Positions 11,646 through 24,674 of a DNA stretch of 64,000 nt are shown here, one piece after another; within the stretch, counting starts at the first letter, position 1, and each line of letters starts with the position of its first letter. Below the pieces are notes generated by a model that ran no database searches, was not told the origin of the DNA, and was given only the letters and a program-made list of their open reading frames with translations. Origin of the DNA: Mobula birostris (taxonomy: Eukaryota); NCBI RefSeq assembly GCF_030028105.1, contig NC_092371.1:205776031-205840030 (forward strand), read 5' to 3'. Made by a program: the position numbers and the translations under genes.

Positions 11646-14600
11646 TGCATCTGAAAGATATAACAGTTTGATCATTGTAAAGGGGTAAGCAACAGTGGCA
11701 TATTTAAACTATCTGCATTTTATACACCAGAAGAGATTTTGAAATGAGATTTGTTCACACCATCATTTTCAACAAACTCATTTTCTTATTAGTCACAGAT
11801 TTTTGCTAACACTAAGCCTACGATTACCAGCGTTCTTTTGACAACGCAGGTCAGCAAGCCAGTAGAGGTCCAGTGGGCACAGTTGAACCCACTGCATGTT
11901 AGACGTCCCACTTGTTGTTGGTGACTATCAGCAAGCACCCATTGTCTGTTTGTGAGTTGCAATGTGTGATTGTGATGTTCCAGGTATGATTGAATAGCTC
12001 TATTCAAAATAGAGTGCAATGTGTCTGTTCAGATACTGGAAGAACCTCAGCATGTGAGTGAAGATCTGTTGCTATTTTGTCTCATGTACAGTACAAGTAT
12101 AAAATCACTACATTTTCCTTTGTATGAATATAGATTTTATATGCTTCATTCTTTGCATTAACCACACTGTCAACCTCTCCCAATGTCAATTCACTGTTAT
12201 CTCAGAAAGCATTAACTAAAGTATTCAGGGTTGCGATTTATTGAAAATGAAATTGAAATTCAGATTGGCCAATATTTAATTGAAAAGCTGAAGTTATGTG
12301 AACACTGAATAATATACATCTGTTTCTATCTTATATTATGCTTCAGTTCCATCTAATATTCTAAACTTTAGGCACGTAATGGAAATAAACTTCTAATTTT
12401 CATGGTGTAATGCAAATGTTCCACATTACAGCTTTGGAATGCACTGGTTTTGAAATTTTGTTCCCCTGGGTGAAAATCATCAGTTTCCTGAAAAAATAAA
12501 AGCTGGACAGAACTGCCTTCATCCCTCATTTCCTGTACATGAGTAACTGATAGAATTTAGTCTCTAGTGTGCACATTTAATCAATAATGAAGTATAGCCA
12601 AGCGCAGAGAAATGAAGGGACTGGAATGACATCAAAGTAAATAATCTGTTTTTCTTTCTCTTTCTAGGGCAGTAGTATACTTCTTAACATGGGAGGAGAA
12701 GGAGGTATACATTGCTCCTAATGTATTTTCCTCATTTAATCCAATAATGGGCTGATTTCTTAGTTGAGGAGAATCTAGTTGTCTACTGCGATTTGTGCAT
12801 TAGTATCTTTAAGTGTATTTACAGGATGACTGTGAGGATGGAATGATGGAAAACATCTGGTGGAGACCATTTTGTTAAATGGAACTCCGTAAAGTAAGAT
12901 GCTCAGATAAGCTCATTGCACAGATTTTTGATTGTGTCTTCATTAGTACTCCAAGTAGCAACATTCTGTGCTAATTTGCTACAGGATATCCATGCTAAGT
13001 TATTGACGTGCCCAGCTTTGTGGCAGATATCTAAGGCAGAATCTGACATGAAATAGCACCTTATATTTTAATTCCTTCTGAGAAAAGGTGGGTATCAAGG
13101 TAGACCTCAAAGAGGTAGTTACTGACTCAAGCACTTGTTATGGTATTTGGAGCAAAATATTGTCTCTGATCCATTTGTGTCTGTGTTGGTATTGCCATGA
13201 CTTGCCTGGATTTGGTGACTATGGCAAACAGACTGTGCTAGTTGTTCATTATTAAGTTAATCAAGCTTAATGCTTATTTTGAAGTATTTCTGAAGGTATT
13301 GCAGTTGAACTACATTCCTTCCCTTGGCACCATATTAGCAGCTGAACGACGCACAATTAAATGGAAACTGACTTGAACAGATGCCAAACAGAAAAGCTAA
13401 CTCAATACGTGCTTAATGAGATGAAACTGTATAGAACTCAAAATAACCTCTCTAGATCCATATCTTCAATGTAATGTTATGAAAACTATATCCTTAGAGA
13501 TTGTTTTAGTGATACACTTATCTACCACTGAATTTTCTGACAAGAGGGGAGTTTTTTTTCCTATTGATCTGGACTCAAAGGCTTCTTAGCACCTAGTGGG
13601 GTCAAACTTCACATAACTCAGTGTAAATGACCTCATAACCATACTGTTTCCAAACCCTTTTATAGATTATCAATGTTTACAGAATGTAAAGTATCTATTG
13701 GGATCTTGATGAACTAATCGAAAACTATTGTTGCCTTCATTCTTTCTTCAGCCTTTTAAGTTTCCCTGCTTAAAATATTTATCAGTTTTTAAGAGGGTCC
13801 ATATTTTGAAAAGTTGCATGATGCTGTAAGATCTCCTGAAAGGTTCACCACTAAAATGCTGACACAGTTTCCAGCTCCATAAATATTGCCTGATCTGCTG
13901 AATATTTCCATTTTTATTTAAGACCTAACAGATGTTGTGTACACTAGATATCATTGGAAAGAAAATTGTAAGATTTTCAGTGAATTGTATTGAATTATGA
14001 TTGACAATAACAGGTAAGCATAAGCAGCTTACAGAAGTACATGTATGAACCTTAAGATTAAAGAGCCAAAATGAAATGTCCCTGCTTGGTTGATTACATT
14101 TGAGAAAGAATGTTACTAGCTATTTTCGGTTAAAAAAAAGTACTTTTGTTGTAGGAGAGAATGATGGCTGCGAAACAGGGTAAAGGAACCACAAAACCCT
14201 TACACCAATTCACCGTATCTCCATTGAGCATAAAATAAAGGCTAATCTGTGTTAACTAAACTAAGGCTTTTTGGAACACATTCTCTTCAAATTTTACACG
14301 GAGCTATAAACAGCCCTGACCTGCATGTAAGCCACTCTTTCATCATTGTTACTAACTTAAAAACTTCCAAAATCTTACTAAGAGCATTGCAGAAGTAAAT
14401 TTACTAAGATATCCTGCTATCACCTTCTGAAGAGCTATTGGGGATGAGTACAAGCCTTGCCAGCGGCACTCACAGTGTAAGAATATTATCAGGACGTGTA
14501 GATATTGCTAATCCCCTGACTTGCTGCTTAGCTGACTGAAGCCACTGTGTGATATTCTCTTCACTAATGCACAATACTAATAGTTTTGCCATTATTCCAA

Positions 14601-15073
14601 ATATAAAATTCGCAACATCATTAATCATAAAATGTAGTCATGACAGTTACTATATGGTAATTAAGAAATGTTAATCAAAGCAATAAATACAAAATAATAT
14701 GTCAAATCAGAATGAAAATTTTAAAAAATGCAGGCTGTAGATATAAAGTCTCTTTGTCTTCAAACAGAAACATTAACTATGTATATCTTTCCAAATATGC
14801 TGCCTGACTTATTCAGTATTTTCAACATTTCTGCATTTATTTACGTTGAGCAGTTTTACCCTAGAAGATACAAGGTCAGCAGATAGTTGTACATGTGGTG
14901 AAAGCAGTATTTATGATCCAGTAATGCTGTTGCTTGAAACTGCTTCTGACAGGCACAGTTATTATTCTTATTTAGTGCAGTACACATCAAAGGCTTCCTA
15001 GTCTCCATTCCCTTTTGCTGCTATTTGGTGGTGGCACTGCTTCATTACCGGAAACCACAGTTGCTATGCTCAT

Positions 15074-15322
15074 CTAGATATTAAACAAAATGTGAGGTCG
15101 GATTTTCTTAAGGAGTGCTTTTTTCATTGAACCAACATGGAAGAGTGCTTCATCAATCTCTAGGCCCCTGTTACGAATTTTCTGCAAAGTTGTTGCTCCA
15201 TTGTTGGAGGGACTTCCATCCATGATTAAGTATGTTCGGATAGGGCATTTCTGACGTTCATTTTTGGCAAAGAACTTGCGTTGGACTCCACCAAGTAGTT
15301 CCAGAAGTTCTTCGAGAGGGTC
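15074..15322 (-). CDS. NT5C1B: NT5C1B-like terminal exon, copy 2 (divergent; stop where the DDQ motif should end; possibly a pseudoexon)
   Basis: Acceptor tttcacaaacAG, then phase-0 DPLEELLELLGGVQRKFFAKNERQKCPIRTYLIMDGSPSNNGATTLQKIRNRGLEIDEALFHVGSMKKALLKKIRPHILFNI*. Collinear without gaps with the cN-I last exon (CPIRTYL, GLEIDEALF, KIRPHI). Not in the ORF track. Confidence 0.85.
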   Translation of the reverse strand, partial: DPLEELLELLGGVQRKFFAKNERQKCPIRTYLIMDGSPSNNGATTLQKIRNRGLEIDEALFHVGSMKKALLKKIRPHILFNI

Positions 15323-15789
15323 CTGTTTGTGAAACAGGTCAATTACAACTTCAGAAAAACTAGCTGCAACATCTCTGAGAATGAGAGCATTAAGATCATA
15401 TGTTATTAACGTATCACTTTAGGCCAATTCAATTCAAAATGGTAATGGAATCAAACATCCTTCCTCATTACTTTGTTACCTGTGGTGCCCAAAAGTTGCT
15501 TTGCATGCTTCTGTGTTATGATTGTGGTTCCAGTCCAGGCTAAAGATAATGCTAGTTTAGAATAGGCATGGAATTACACTCAGAAGTTTAAGTGCAGCAA
15601 GGTTTTTTTTTCTCTTGTATTTTTGGAAGGATTTTCTGTTTTGATGAACACGGTTCCACGGGAGAATAAGCTGTGAAAACTAAATTGGATATAATCTCAG
15701 GCTGGTAGATGTGCTTCCTACATATACTAACAAAAAATTTAGGGAGCAACTAATAAATTCAAAAGTATATATGGAAGGTTCAATATTAT

Positions 15790-16610
15790 GCTGGGAAGTG
15801 CTGGAAAACTATGACAAAAAGAGAGTTTGAGCAATGTCACATCCTGTTGATGAATTAGATTAACATCACTAATAGGGAGAAATATTGAAACCTACACAAA
15901 AGGAAAATAATGAAATATATAGAAAATAAAATGAACTTGGATCTGAAAGGCTAATTCATGGCTAAATAGTCTGAAATGAGTTTTTGAAGGGACAAAGGAA
16001 ATTGTGAGAAAAAAAGAATAAAGTAATCAATACTTAGATTTTGAAAAGGACTTTGATAAGATACTGTTTAGTAGACTTCTGACATATGTCAGGGCATGTG
16101 GGTTTGAGGATAAATATGTGAAATAATAAACAGGCAAAAAATAGAAAGTAAAAAGTTGTTTTTCAGATTAATGGGTGGTAATATCTGTTAAGCCACCAGG
16201 ATCAGTGCTGACACCAAGTTATTTATGGCTTACATTTTTTATCTGGATTGAGGAAGAGGTAAAAATATTAAAATTTATTTATGACATGTAACTGCAAGGT
16301 CTAGTTAGTGGTGAAAGAGAATGCAAAGCAATACAAAAATTCCTTAAAGACGGAGCAGTTCTGCAGCAAATACATCTCAGGATAAACAGATGGATTGATG
16401 GATGTGATGGAAAACAGTCCGAAAGTGAAAATAAAAACCTGAATTGGATGGAAAAGCCACAGAATTGTAGGTGCAGATAGATAAAATAAATAGAAGTGAT
16501 TTAATTGGTCAGCAAAGCAACTAACCCATCAACAAAGCTCTGTGTTTATTTCTTGTGATATGGAATTCAGTCCACATTTAAGAGAAGTGTAGTGTTCTGG
16601 TTTCCACACA
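15790..16610 (+). mobile_element. Very old CR1 remnant
   Basis: Decayed tacttagattttgaaaaggactttgataag (YLDFEKDFDK) and ccaccaggatcagtgctg (PGSVL). Confidence 0.6.
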
Positions 16611-18787
16611 ACAAAATAAAAAGATTAGTCTAAGTTTAACTTTAAAACTTGAACAATTTATTATTGTCTGATATGCATAACTTCAAGACCATGTTGGGGA
16701 AAATGGAACATATCAAAGATACTAACATCAACCATAGAATTAACAACATGTATAGAAATAAAATATAAAAAGTGATTTCTTTTCCTTTTGTACGCATGGC
16801 TGGTTGTTTTCATTCTGGTATTTCAGAACTATATTAAAATTGTTACATACTTTGTACAGAAAAAGCAAAAGTCAGCATGAGGAATGTTAATGTATATAGC
16901 AGTGACCCCTAACTGTGTTAGTAAATGACTGATATATCTGATTACAAACGAGCACCAAATGTCCATCGTGTTTATGCTAAATATGTTCTGTTGGAAACAA
17001 GGTTATGTAGTATATTACAGAATATTTCAAACTTTGAAGCTTCATTTTATATCCACATGAAATTTAAGAGTATATTTTGTTTATAATATAGCTATTATAA
17101 GAACTGGCCTAAGCCCAGTTTATAATTTAACTCATGGAAATTAATTTAAAGACGATTTCTTCAAATTCATCAGAAGCTGAAAGTTAATGCCAAATACAGT
17201 TACCAGAAAAGTCTCTCAGGAACTTGCTGTCCTGAAAGAGATTCATCTGATAATTTTATATATCTGTATGTATCTAGACCTTCACACAAATTTAATGAAT
17301 TGGCCACTATAAAACTGTATGAAACAAACCTTAATTGAAAAAAATCAAGTTTAATGAAGTAGTTAAAGTAATAGATTTAAGGATACTTATTTAATACTTA
17401 CTTATTTATACTTATTCCTGCACTGACCACATTTGTGTCAAGTAACACTCCTGTTTTTGCGAGGTTATTAGCTTCAATCTGCACTTCAGTTTATTTGACA
17501 TTACTTGCTGCTGTAGTTGTCTAAAAGCTGTTCTTTTGTCACAGGCAACACCTGCTCTCCAGCACTAAATTCTTGTACCCAGTATTAGTTCAAAGAGGTC
17601 AGGTGGTCTGATGCCATATAATTCTGAATGGAACTCAAGTCCAGCAGTAGTTCACAAGTTGCTGGTGATTAGTTTTGTCTGACTCTCATGTTAGTTTCTT
17701 TACTTAGATAAAGATGATCAAACTGTAACTGATCCTGCTACACTTATCATGGTTATTAGGGGTAATCTACTGGGCAATCTGTACTGGCTAAGAACGTATC
17801 CAACCAGTTTCAGGAAATATACCTTGCATTGCGTGAAGAATATACTGCTACTTTTTAATATTACATGAAGTACAAAAGATCAGATAGGATTAATTCATCT
17901 TTTATGCTCATGTCTAGAATTCACCTTTGGTTGCATCTGCAGCTTCAGCATCAAATACTTGCATTTTTTTAACTTAAGTTGACAATGCTGTATAGATATG
18001 TGAAGTCCTGTGTTTAACTGCTCAGGCATTACCATCCAGTATCTTATCTTAGCTTCTTAATTTTTAATCATTACTTATAGGAAAGAGATGTGTACCTTCA
18101 ACATGACACAAGGACCATCATGTTCTAGATCAACATATTTCAGTCCTATTGGCTTAATTATCAGCCACTAATGTACGCTGGGAACGCTTTAGCAAAGATC
18201 ATGCCTGAAATGATCGTACCTTCAATGACAGGTCACAGGTACAATGTGTAGAGTACCATTTATAGAAATTTTAGCACTTAGTGTATAATTTTTTGCATGT
18301 TGCTAAGTGGATGGAAACAACGGTCAATTCAAATGTAACCTCATAGTGGTGCTAATAAAACAAAGCCTCAACAACAATTCACAAAAAAAACTGAATTGCA
18401 ACATTTAGTCAAAGAATGTTTGTGTTCCTAATTAAATCTTAAAATAAAGTCCATTAAAAAGTAAAGATGGCCCCAAATAATGTCAGTAAAACAAAACAGG
18501 AGAACTAAGTCACTTGTTTGCTGTGACATACGTAACTTGTTTAGAAATTAATTTAAGGATCATTAACGGCACAGACATTGTGCTTTTCTCTCCAGCCTGC
18601 TCCCAAGCACAATCTTCCATTGAGGAGCAGACTCTCAGTAGATCGCTGAGATTCAGTGCAGTTAAGGGCTCTTTTGGGTGTGGGTAACTGGTTCATCCCC
18701 ATGCTTCCCGGGGACTCAATGGTTGACAATGCTATTACAGCTATTGAGTGTGAGTACATACACATGTACCCAAAAACTGTATCTTAC

Positions 18788-18829
18788 CTTCTTTTTTTCT
18801 GGTGTTATGATACCATTTTGGGTTGACAT
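18788..18829 (-). CDS. Candidate short first coding exon MSTQNGIITPEKKK
   Basis: ATG plus 13 codons, then a consensus donor AAG|gtaaga, phase 0. No homology evidence beyond a basic C-terminus. Confidence 0.25.
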
Positions 18830-18883
18830 AGTAATGAAGTACATATAAGTGGGTGCTATTTGACTCCAGGTTGGTTCCATTTA

Positions 18884-19429
18884 TACTCAATGGTTACTTT
18901 ATTAGGTACTTCCTGCACTTAATAACGTGGCCATTGGGTGTACGTTCATGGTTTCTGCTGTGTAGCCCATGTACTTCAAGGTTCAATGTGTTGTGCTTTC
19001 AGAGATGCTCTTCTGCGTACCTCTGTTTAATGCATAGTTATCTGTGTTACTGTCACCTTTTTGTCAGCTTAAAGCAGCCTGGCCATTCTCCTCAGAACTC
19101 TCTCCGTAATATGGCATTTTCACCTACAGAACTGCCACTTACTGAATGTTTTTGTTTTGTTTTGCACACACTCTCTGTAAACTCTAGAGATTGTTGTGCG
19201 TGAAAATCCAAGCAGATCAGCAGTTTCTGAGATACTCAAACCACCGTCTAGCACCAGCAATCATTCCACAATCAAGGTCACTTAAATCACCATTCTGATA
19301 TTTGAACTGAACCTCTTGACCACGTCTGCATGCTTTTATGCATTGAATTGCTGCCACATGTTAGGCTAATTAGATATTTGCATTAAGAAGCAGGTGTACA
19401 GGTGAACCTAATAATGAGCCCACTGAGTA
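18884..19429. mobile_element. Tc1/mariner non-autonomous element (MITE)
   Basis: Imperfect TIRs tactcaatggttactttattaggtac / gtgaacctaataatgagcccactgagta with TA at the left flank. Confidence 0.75.
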
Positions 19430-20164
19430 AATTTAGCTTGAGTATCTTAAGTTATGTAGATCTGTTCTGTTGTTTCTGTGAGTGTGCTATTTGTAATCAG
19501 CCTCTTGGAGAACAGTTATTGCAAAGGCATTGCTATAAATTTGTGTTTTCTTGTTGCTAGGGTGGTAACTCAGTGGCTGCTGCTAAATCTCCTGGCTAAT
19601 GTCTGTGGAATCCAACTGCAATCACTGCTCAGCCTGAGGCATGATTCATCAAGCTATGCAGGTAGCATATAAGGCAATGAATTGTGGATTAGAAGCACTA
19701 TTTATATGTGACCTAAAATGATAGGAAGTAGTTTGAAAGGTCTCCCCGCTCTCCAGCTGGCTCAATGAGTACATTTAAAAACATGACATGATATGGCACT
19801 GAGTAAAGAAAATTCCATTTTCAATCCCTAATCTGAGTTGATGCCAGCAGGGATGGGGGTATGCTTTTTTAAGTTGCCTTTGTTACTCCCTTGAGAATAG
19901 TTTTTTTAAAAAAAAAGCTTTTTACTGAAACCATCTTATGTTCCCTCTCAATGCGGTTACTATTTTGGAAAATACTTCAGGACCATGTTTGTATTAAGCT
20001 GTGTATGGCTTATGCTTTATTAAGTATATCATATGTTTAATGGTACACAAGCCCTTTGTGTGAGAAGTTCACTCAGTTTCTCTACCAGCATTGTGCAACA
20101 TTTTACTGCAGCAGTTTTTTTAATTAGTGATACAGCAGTTCTGAATTTCTCTGAAATGTAGCAT

Positions 20165-20370
20165 CCCCTGGTCAATTCCCACTACTGTCTGTAAGGAATT
20201 TGTATGTTCTCCCCATGACCATGTGGGATTCTCCTGGTTCCTTCCCACAGTCCAAAGATTTACTGGTTGGTAGGTTAATCGGTCATTATAAATTGTCCTG
20301 TGATTAGGCTGGGATCAAACTGGGGAATAGCTGGGCAGTGAGGCTCAAAGGGCCTATTCTGCACTGTAAA
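20165..20370 (+). mobile_element. V-SINE fragment
   Basis: gtaaggaatttgtatgttctccccatgaccatgtggg..ttcccacagtccaaaga (V domain). Confidence 0.75.
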
Positions 20371-20544
20371 TTAACGAATAATATTGGTGAGAGATCTGAA
20401 TTTATGAATTTACTTCTTCCACAAAACATTTGCTACAAACTTCAGCCATTACCTGGCTGATATGGGTGCTAAAATTGTTTGAATTCAGCTTCACTCTGGA
20501 AGACACAAGCAGTATGGTGTTAGCTCCAGGTGTCAGGGGATACT

Positions 20545-21931
20545 CCACCCTTCAAGAAAGGAGAGACGCAGAATAAAGGAAACTATAGGCCAGTTAGTCT
20601 GACCTCAGTGGTTGGAATTGATTATTAAGGATGAGGACTCAGGGTACTTGGAGGCTGTAGTCAGCATGGTTTCCTCAAGGGAAAATCTTGCCTGACAAAT
20701 CTGTTGGAATTCTTTGAAGAAATATCAAGCAGGATAGGCAAAGGAGAATCAGTTACTGTTGTGCACTTGGATTTTCAGAAGGCCTTTGACATGGTGCCAC
20801 ACGTGAAGCTGCTTAACAACCTATGAGCCCATGGAAAAATTCTAGCATGGATAAATATGTGGCTGATTGACAGGAGGCAAAGAGTGGGAATAAAGGGAGC
20901 CTCTTCTGAGTGGCTGCCAGTGACTAGTGTTCCAAAGAGGTCTGTGTTGGGACTGATTCTTTTTACTTTATATGGCAATGATTTGGATGATGGAATTGAT
21001 GGCTTTGTTGCAAAGTTTGCAGACAATATGAAGATAGGTGGAGCAGCAAGTCACTTTGAGGAAGTAAGGAAGCTACAAAAGGATTAGCAGACAGATTAGG
21101 AGAATGGGCAAAGAAATGGCAGATGGAATACAGTGTTGGGAAATGTATGGTCATACATTTTGGTGGAAGAAATGAAAGGGTTGACTATTTTCTAAATGGA
21201 GAAAGTACAGAAAAAACTGAGATGCAAAAGGACTTGGGAGTCCTTGTGCAGGATTGACGAAAGGTTAATTTGCAGGTTGACCTTTCTGTCCGTGGTGAGG
21301 AAGGCAAGTGCAATGTTAGCATTCATTTGAAGAGGACTAGAATATAAAAGCAAGGATGTCATACTGAAACTTTATAAAGGCCTCACTTGGAGCATTGAGA
21401 ACAGGTTTCAGCCCCTTATCTTAGAAAGGAATGTGTTGAAACTGGAGAGGGTTCAAAGGAGGTTCATGAAAATGATTGCAGGATTGCATGGCTTGTCATA
21501 TGAAGAGTGTCTGATGGTCTCACTAGAATTCAGAAGAATGAGTGGTGATCTCACTGAAACCTATTGAATACTGAAAGGCCATGATAGAGTGGATGTGGAG
21601 AGGATGTTTCCTATGGTGAGACAGTCTAAGACCAGAAGACACAGAATCAGAATAGAGGGGCATCATTTTAGAGTGGAGATTAGGAGGAATTTCTTTAGCC
21701 AGAAGGTAGTGTATCTGTGGAATTCTTTGCCACAGGCAGCTCTGGAGGCCATGTCTTTATGTATATTTAAGGCAAAGGTTGATAAATTCTTGATTGGTCA
21801 GGACATTAAGAGATTTGGGGAGAAGGGATTTGAGGAGAAGGAATTTAGGGCTGAGGGGAAAATTTGATCAGCTATGATGGATCAGCAGATTCAATGGGCC
21901 AAATGACCTAATTCTGCTCCTCTATCTTATA
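20545..21931 (+). mobile_element. CR1 LINE 3' part, degenerate
   Basis: ORFs 20857-21087 (RRQRVGIKG..VAKFADN) and 21589-21867 (RRNFFSQKVVYLWNSLP). Confidence 0.88.
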
Positions 21932-22410
21932 GAAACATAGAAAACCTGCAGCACAATACAGGCCTGTTGGCCCACAAAGCTGTGCCAAACACGTCACCAC
22001 CTTAGAACTACCTAGGCTTTACCCAAAGCCCTCTATTTTTCTAAGCTCCATGTAGCCATCCAGGAGTCTCTTAAAAGACCCTATCGTTCCCCCTCCACCA
22101 CCGCTGCTGGCAGCCCATTCCACACACTCAACATTCTCTGCGTAAAAAAACTTACCGCTGACATCTCCTCTGTACCTACTTCCAAGCACCTTAAACCTAT
22201 GCCCTCTTGTGCTAACCATTTCAGCCCTGGGGAAAAGCCTCTGACTATCCACATGATCAATGCCTCTCATTATCTTGAACGCCTCTATCAGGTCACCTCT
22301 CATCCTCCATCGCTCCAAGGAGAAAAGGCTGAGTTCACTCAACCTATTCTCATAAGGCATGCTCCCAAAACCAGGCAACAACCTTGTAAATCTACTCTGC
22401 ACCCTTTCTA
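21930..22410 (-). mobile_element. CR1 3' end inserted tail-to-tail into the tail of the previous CR1
   Basis: ORF 22019-22402; (TTTCTATG)n tail at 21930; the host tail tatggtctta resumes at about 22409. Confidence 0.85.
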
Positions 22411-22446
22411 TGGTCTTACCCAGAGCAGAATGTACACCTGGTTAGC

Positions 22447-22645
22447 ATAAGACACAGGACCAGGATGAGGCCATTCAGTCCACTGTCTGTTTTGACATTT
22501 AATTATGACTGACACTTTTCCCTCTCCTCCCCACTCTCCTGCTTATCTCCCTGTAACCTTTGATGCCTTTAATAATGAAGAACCTATCAACCTCCACTTC
22601 AAATATACCCAATGATTTGGCCCCACAGCTGTTTGTGGCAATGAG
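22447..22645 (-). mobile_element. Short CR1 3' end
   Basis: Similar to 961-1140 and 41545-41818. Confidence 0.65.
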
Positions 22646-22744
22646 TGTTAATGCACACACTGGTCTTGCACACTGAAATTATAAATGGCAGATAAATCAA
22701 GGTTAAAATTTTGATTCTACCCAGCATTCTCAAATTACACATAC

Positions 22745-22800
22745 CTGATACAACTAGGAGCCAAGTGCTATTAATTCACTACCTAGCCCTTAGTATGCAA
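22745..22800 (-). other. Candidate non-coding exon (56 nt)
   Basis: Minus strand: ctctttttatatttcAG|...TATCAG|gtatgt, a strong acceptor and donor; stops in all three frames. Confidence 0.3.
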
Positions 22801-22974
22801 CTGAAATATAAAAAGAGCCAACTATAACTAAGTAAAATGCTAGTGTGCTCAAGCAAAATATACATATCCCCACACTGCTCTTGATGACCCCAGCACTGTG
22901 TAACAGAGTGGATCTTGAAATTTATTGGTCTGAATTAGGAAGGATATCCTTTGCACTAAAGGAGGTTCAATATT

Positions 22975-23170
22975 TTCTCCCTCTATCCCCACTCTCCCTC
23001 TCCCTTTACCCCTCCCCCTTCTCCCAATCTCTCTCTTCCTCCCCCTCTCTCACTACTCTCTCTTCCCCTTTCTCCTCCTCTCCCTCTTACCCATCTTTCT
23101 CTCCCCCTTCCTCCTCTTCCCTCTCCCCCTCTCCCTCTCTCTCCCCCTCTCTTCTTCTTTCAGCCTCCCC
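22975..23170. repeat. C/T-rich low-complexity tract
   Basis: About 190 nt of almost pure pyrimidine on the + strand; explains the S/P/L-rich ORF 22845-23237. Confidence 0.9.
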
Positions 23171-23212
23171 ATCTAAAATTCTGCTACCCAATGAATGTCA
23201 CTCAGGCTTTGG

Positions 23213-23545
23213 CCATAAAACATTTGAACAGAATTAGACCATTTGGCCCATTGAATCTACTCCACCATTTCACCATGGATGATTCTTCTGTCTCCTCTCT
23301 GTAAACATTGACATCCTTACTAATTAAGAACTTAGCAAACTCTTATTTATATATACCCAATGACTTGGCCTCCACAGCCATGTGCGGCAATGAATTCCAC
23401 ATGTTCACCACCCTCTGGCTAAAGAAATTCCTCCTCGTCTCTGCTCTGAAGGGGCAACTTATTCTGAGGCTGTGCCCTCTGGTCCTTCTCTCTCCCACCA
23501 CTGGAATCATTCACTCCGTGTTCACTCTATCTAGGACTTGTTGCA
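23213..23545 (-). mobile_element. CR1 3' fragment
   Basis: Antisense read DLASTAMCGNEFH..TTLWLKKFLL is the same as in other CR1 3' ends here. Confidence 0.75.
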
Positions 23546-24206
23546 TTTCATGACTGCATTGAGTTATCAAGTTCTGAAACTGCCTATAAGCTAATCAATA
23601 CAGCAGTCAAACTGTCAGTACTTGAGATGATTGTTCCAAGTATCAGGATGAGTGATCAAGTATCTTCAGATTTGATCTCTTGTTCTTCAGCTACTATCTT
23701 CTTCCAGTCAAGGGTAACGTTGTGCTGAGATGATATGAAGGCAGAGGGAGATGCCATCTTACACTTTAAGAATGTGTGTGATGAGGAGAGAAGCGGATAT
23801 GAGAGGAGGTATTCGAAACGATTATGTCATCATCTTTAATTATCTCCGACTGGCAAGACCTCATGATTCATGGCTTGAACTATCTTTTTTGAAGTTGGGG
23901 GTGGGAGTGGTATGTGAGGTGCAAAGTTGTGGTCGCAAAGACCGACCACAATTATACTGTATTGCTGCTGTTGCCGATTGTACACAACTTTGTTCTTCAG
24001 CTATGTCTCCCGGTGAAAAGTAATGGCTTTTGGATGAGCTGCTTGCCATGGTTAATTAGCTAGCAGAGTGAGATGTGGGAGTGAGCCATGGAGTGCCTAG
24101 TCTGATGAAGCCCGATTGTTGGTTGGTGAACTAGGCATTCTAGGAAGTAGGTCACAAGCTTGAGTGAGGATGTGAAGTTACAGAATTCATGGTATTGATG
24201 TATTAG

Positions 24207-24410
24207 GGTAACACACACTGGAAGAATTCATGTCAGGCAGCATCTATAGAGATGAATAAATAGTCACAGTTTCGAACTAAGACCCTTCATCAGGACCAAA
24301 GGCCCAAAATGTTGACTGTTTATTCCCTTCCACAGATGCTGCCTGACCTACTGAGTTCCTCTAGCATTTTTTGTGTGTTGCTCTGGATTTCCAGCATCTA
24401 CAGAAGCTTT
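24207..24410. mobile_element. Palindromic non-autonomous Penelope terminal-repeat element
   Basis: Two inverted copies of the terminal repeat seen at 9300-9437; the left arm has the hammerhead boxes on the minus strand (CTGATGA 24287-24293, GAAA 24270-24273). Confidence 0.75.
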
Positions 24411-24674
24411 TGGGTGTATTAAGATACTCTATTCAGCACTGACATTCCAGTTATGACTGTCTGCTCCCATTGCTACTTTAATGTGTGCGTGCAAGGCCAT
24501 TTTCTGCCTAACATAGAGAATCTATCCCACCGGTCACGGACTCCATTGCTGCACTGGAAAATCAGGGTAACCTCATCTGTGTTCAGGCAGGAAGATGTAG
24601 AAACACTTGGAAAGTCTTCCGATACTTGCTGCAACCACAATGTGCTTTCCTTTTCAATGTTGCTGACTGGGATG

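Noticed and set aside
1-15000. RDH14, the mammalian downstream neighbour and read-through partner of NT5C1B
   Set aside because: No SDR motifs (TGxxxGIG, YxxxK) recognisable in this interval.
18096-18205. Minus-strand YVDLEHDGPCVMLK|gt resembling the end of NT5C1 exon 2
   Set aside because: Needs large gaps, and all frames from the nearby acceptor hit stops.
20453-20540. Minus-strand NTILLVSSR..Q|gtaatg resembling NT5C1 exon 2 (TIAVSSR)
   Set aside because: Only four matching residues, wrong length, no acceptor; abuts a CR1.
22845-23237. Ser/Pro-rich 130-aa ORF
   Set aside because: Translation of a C/T low-complexity tract.
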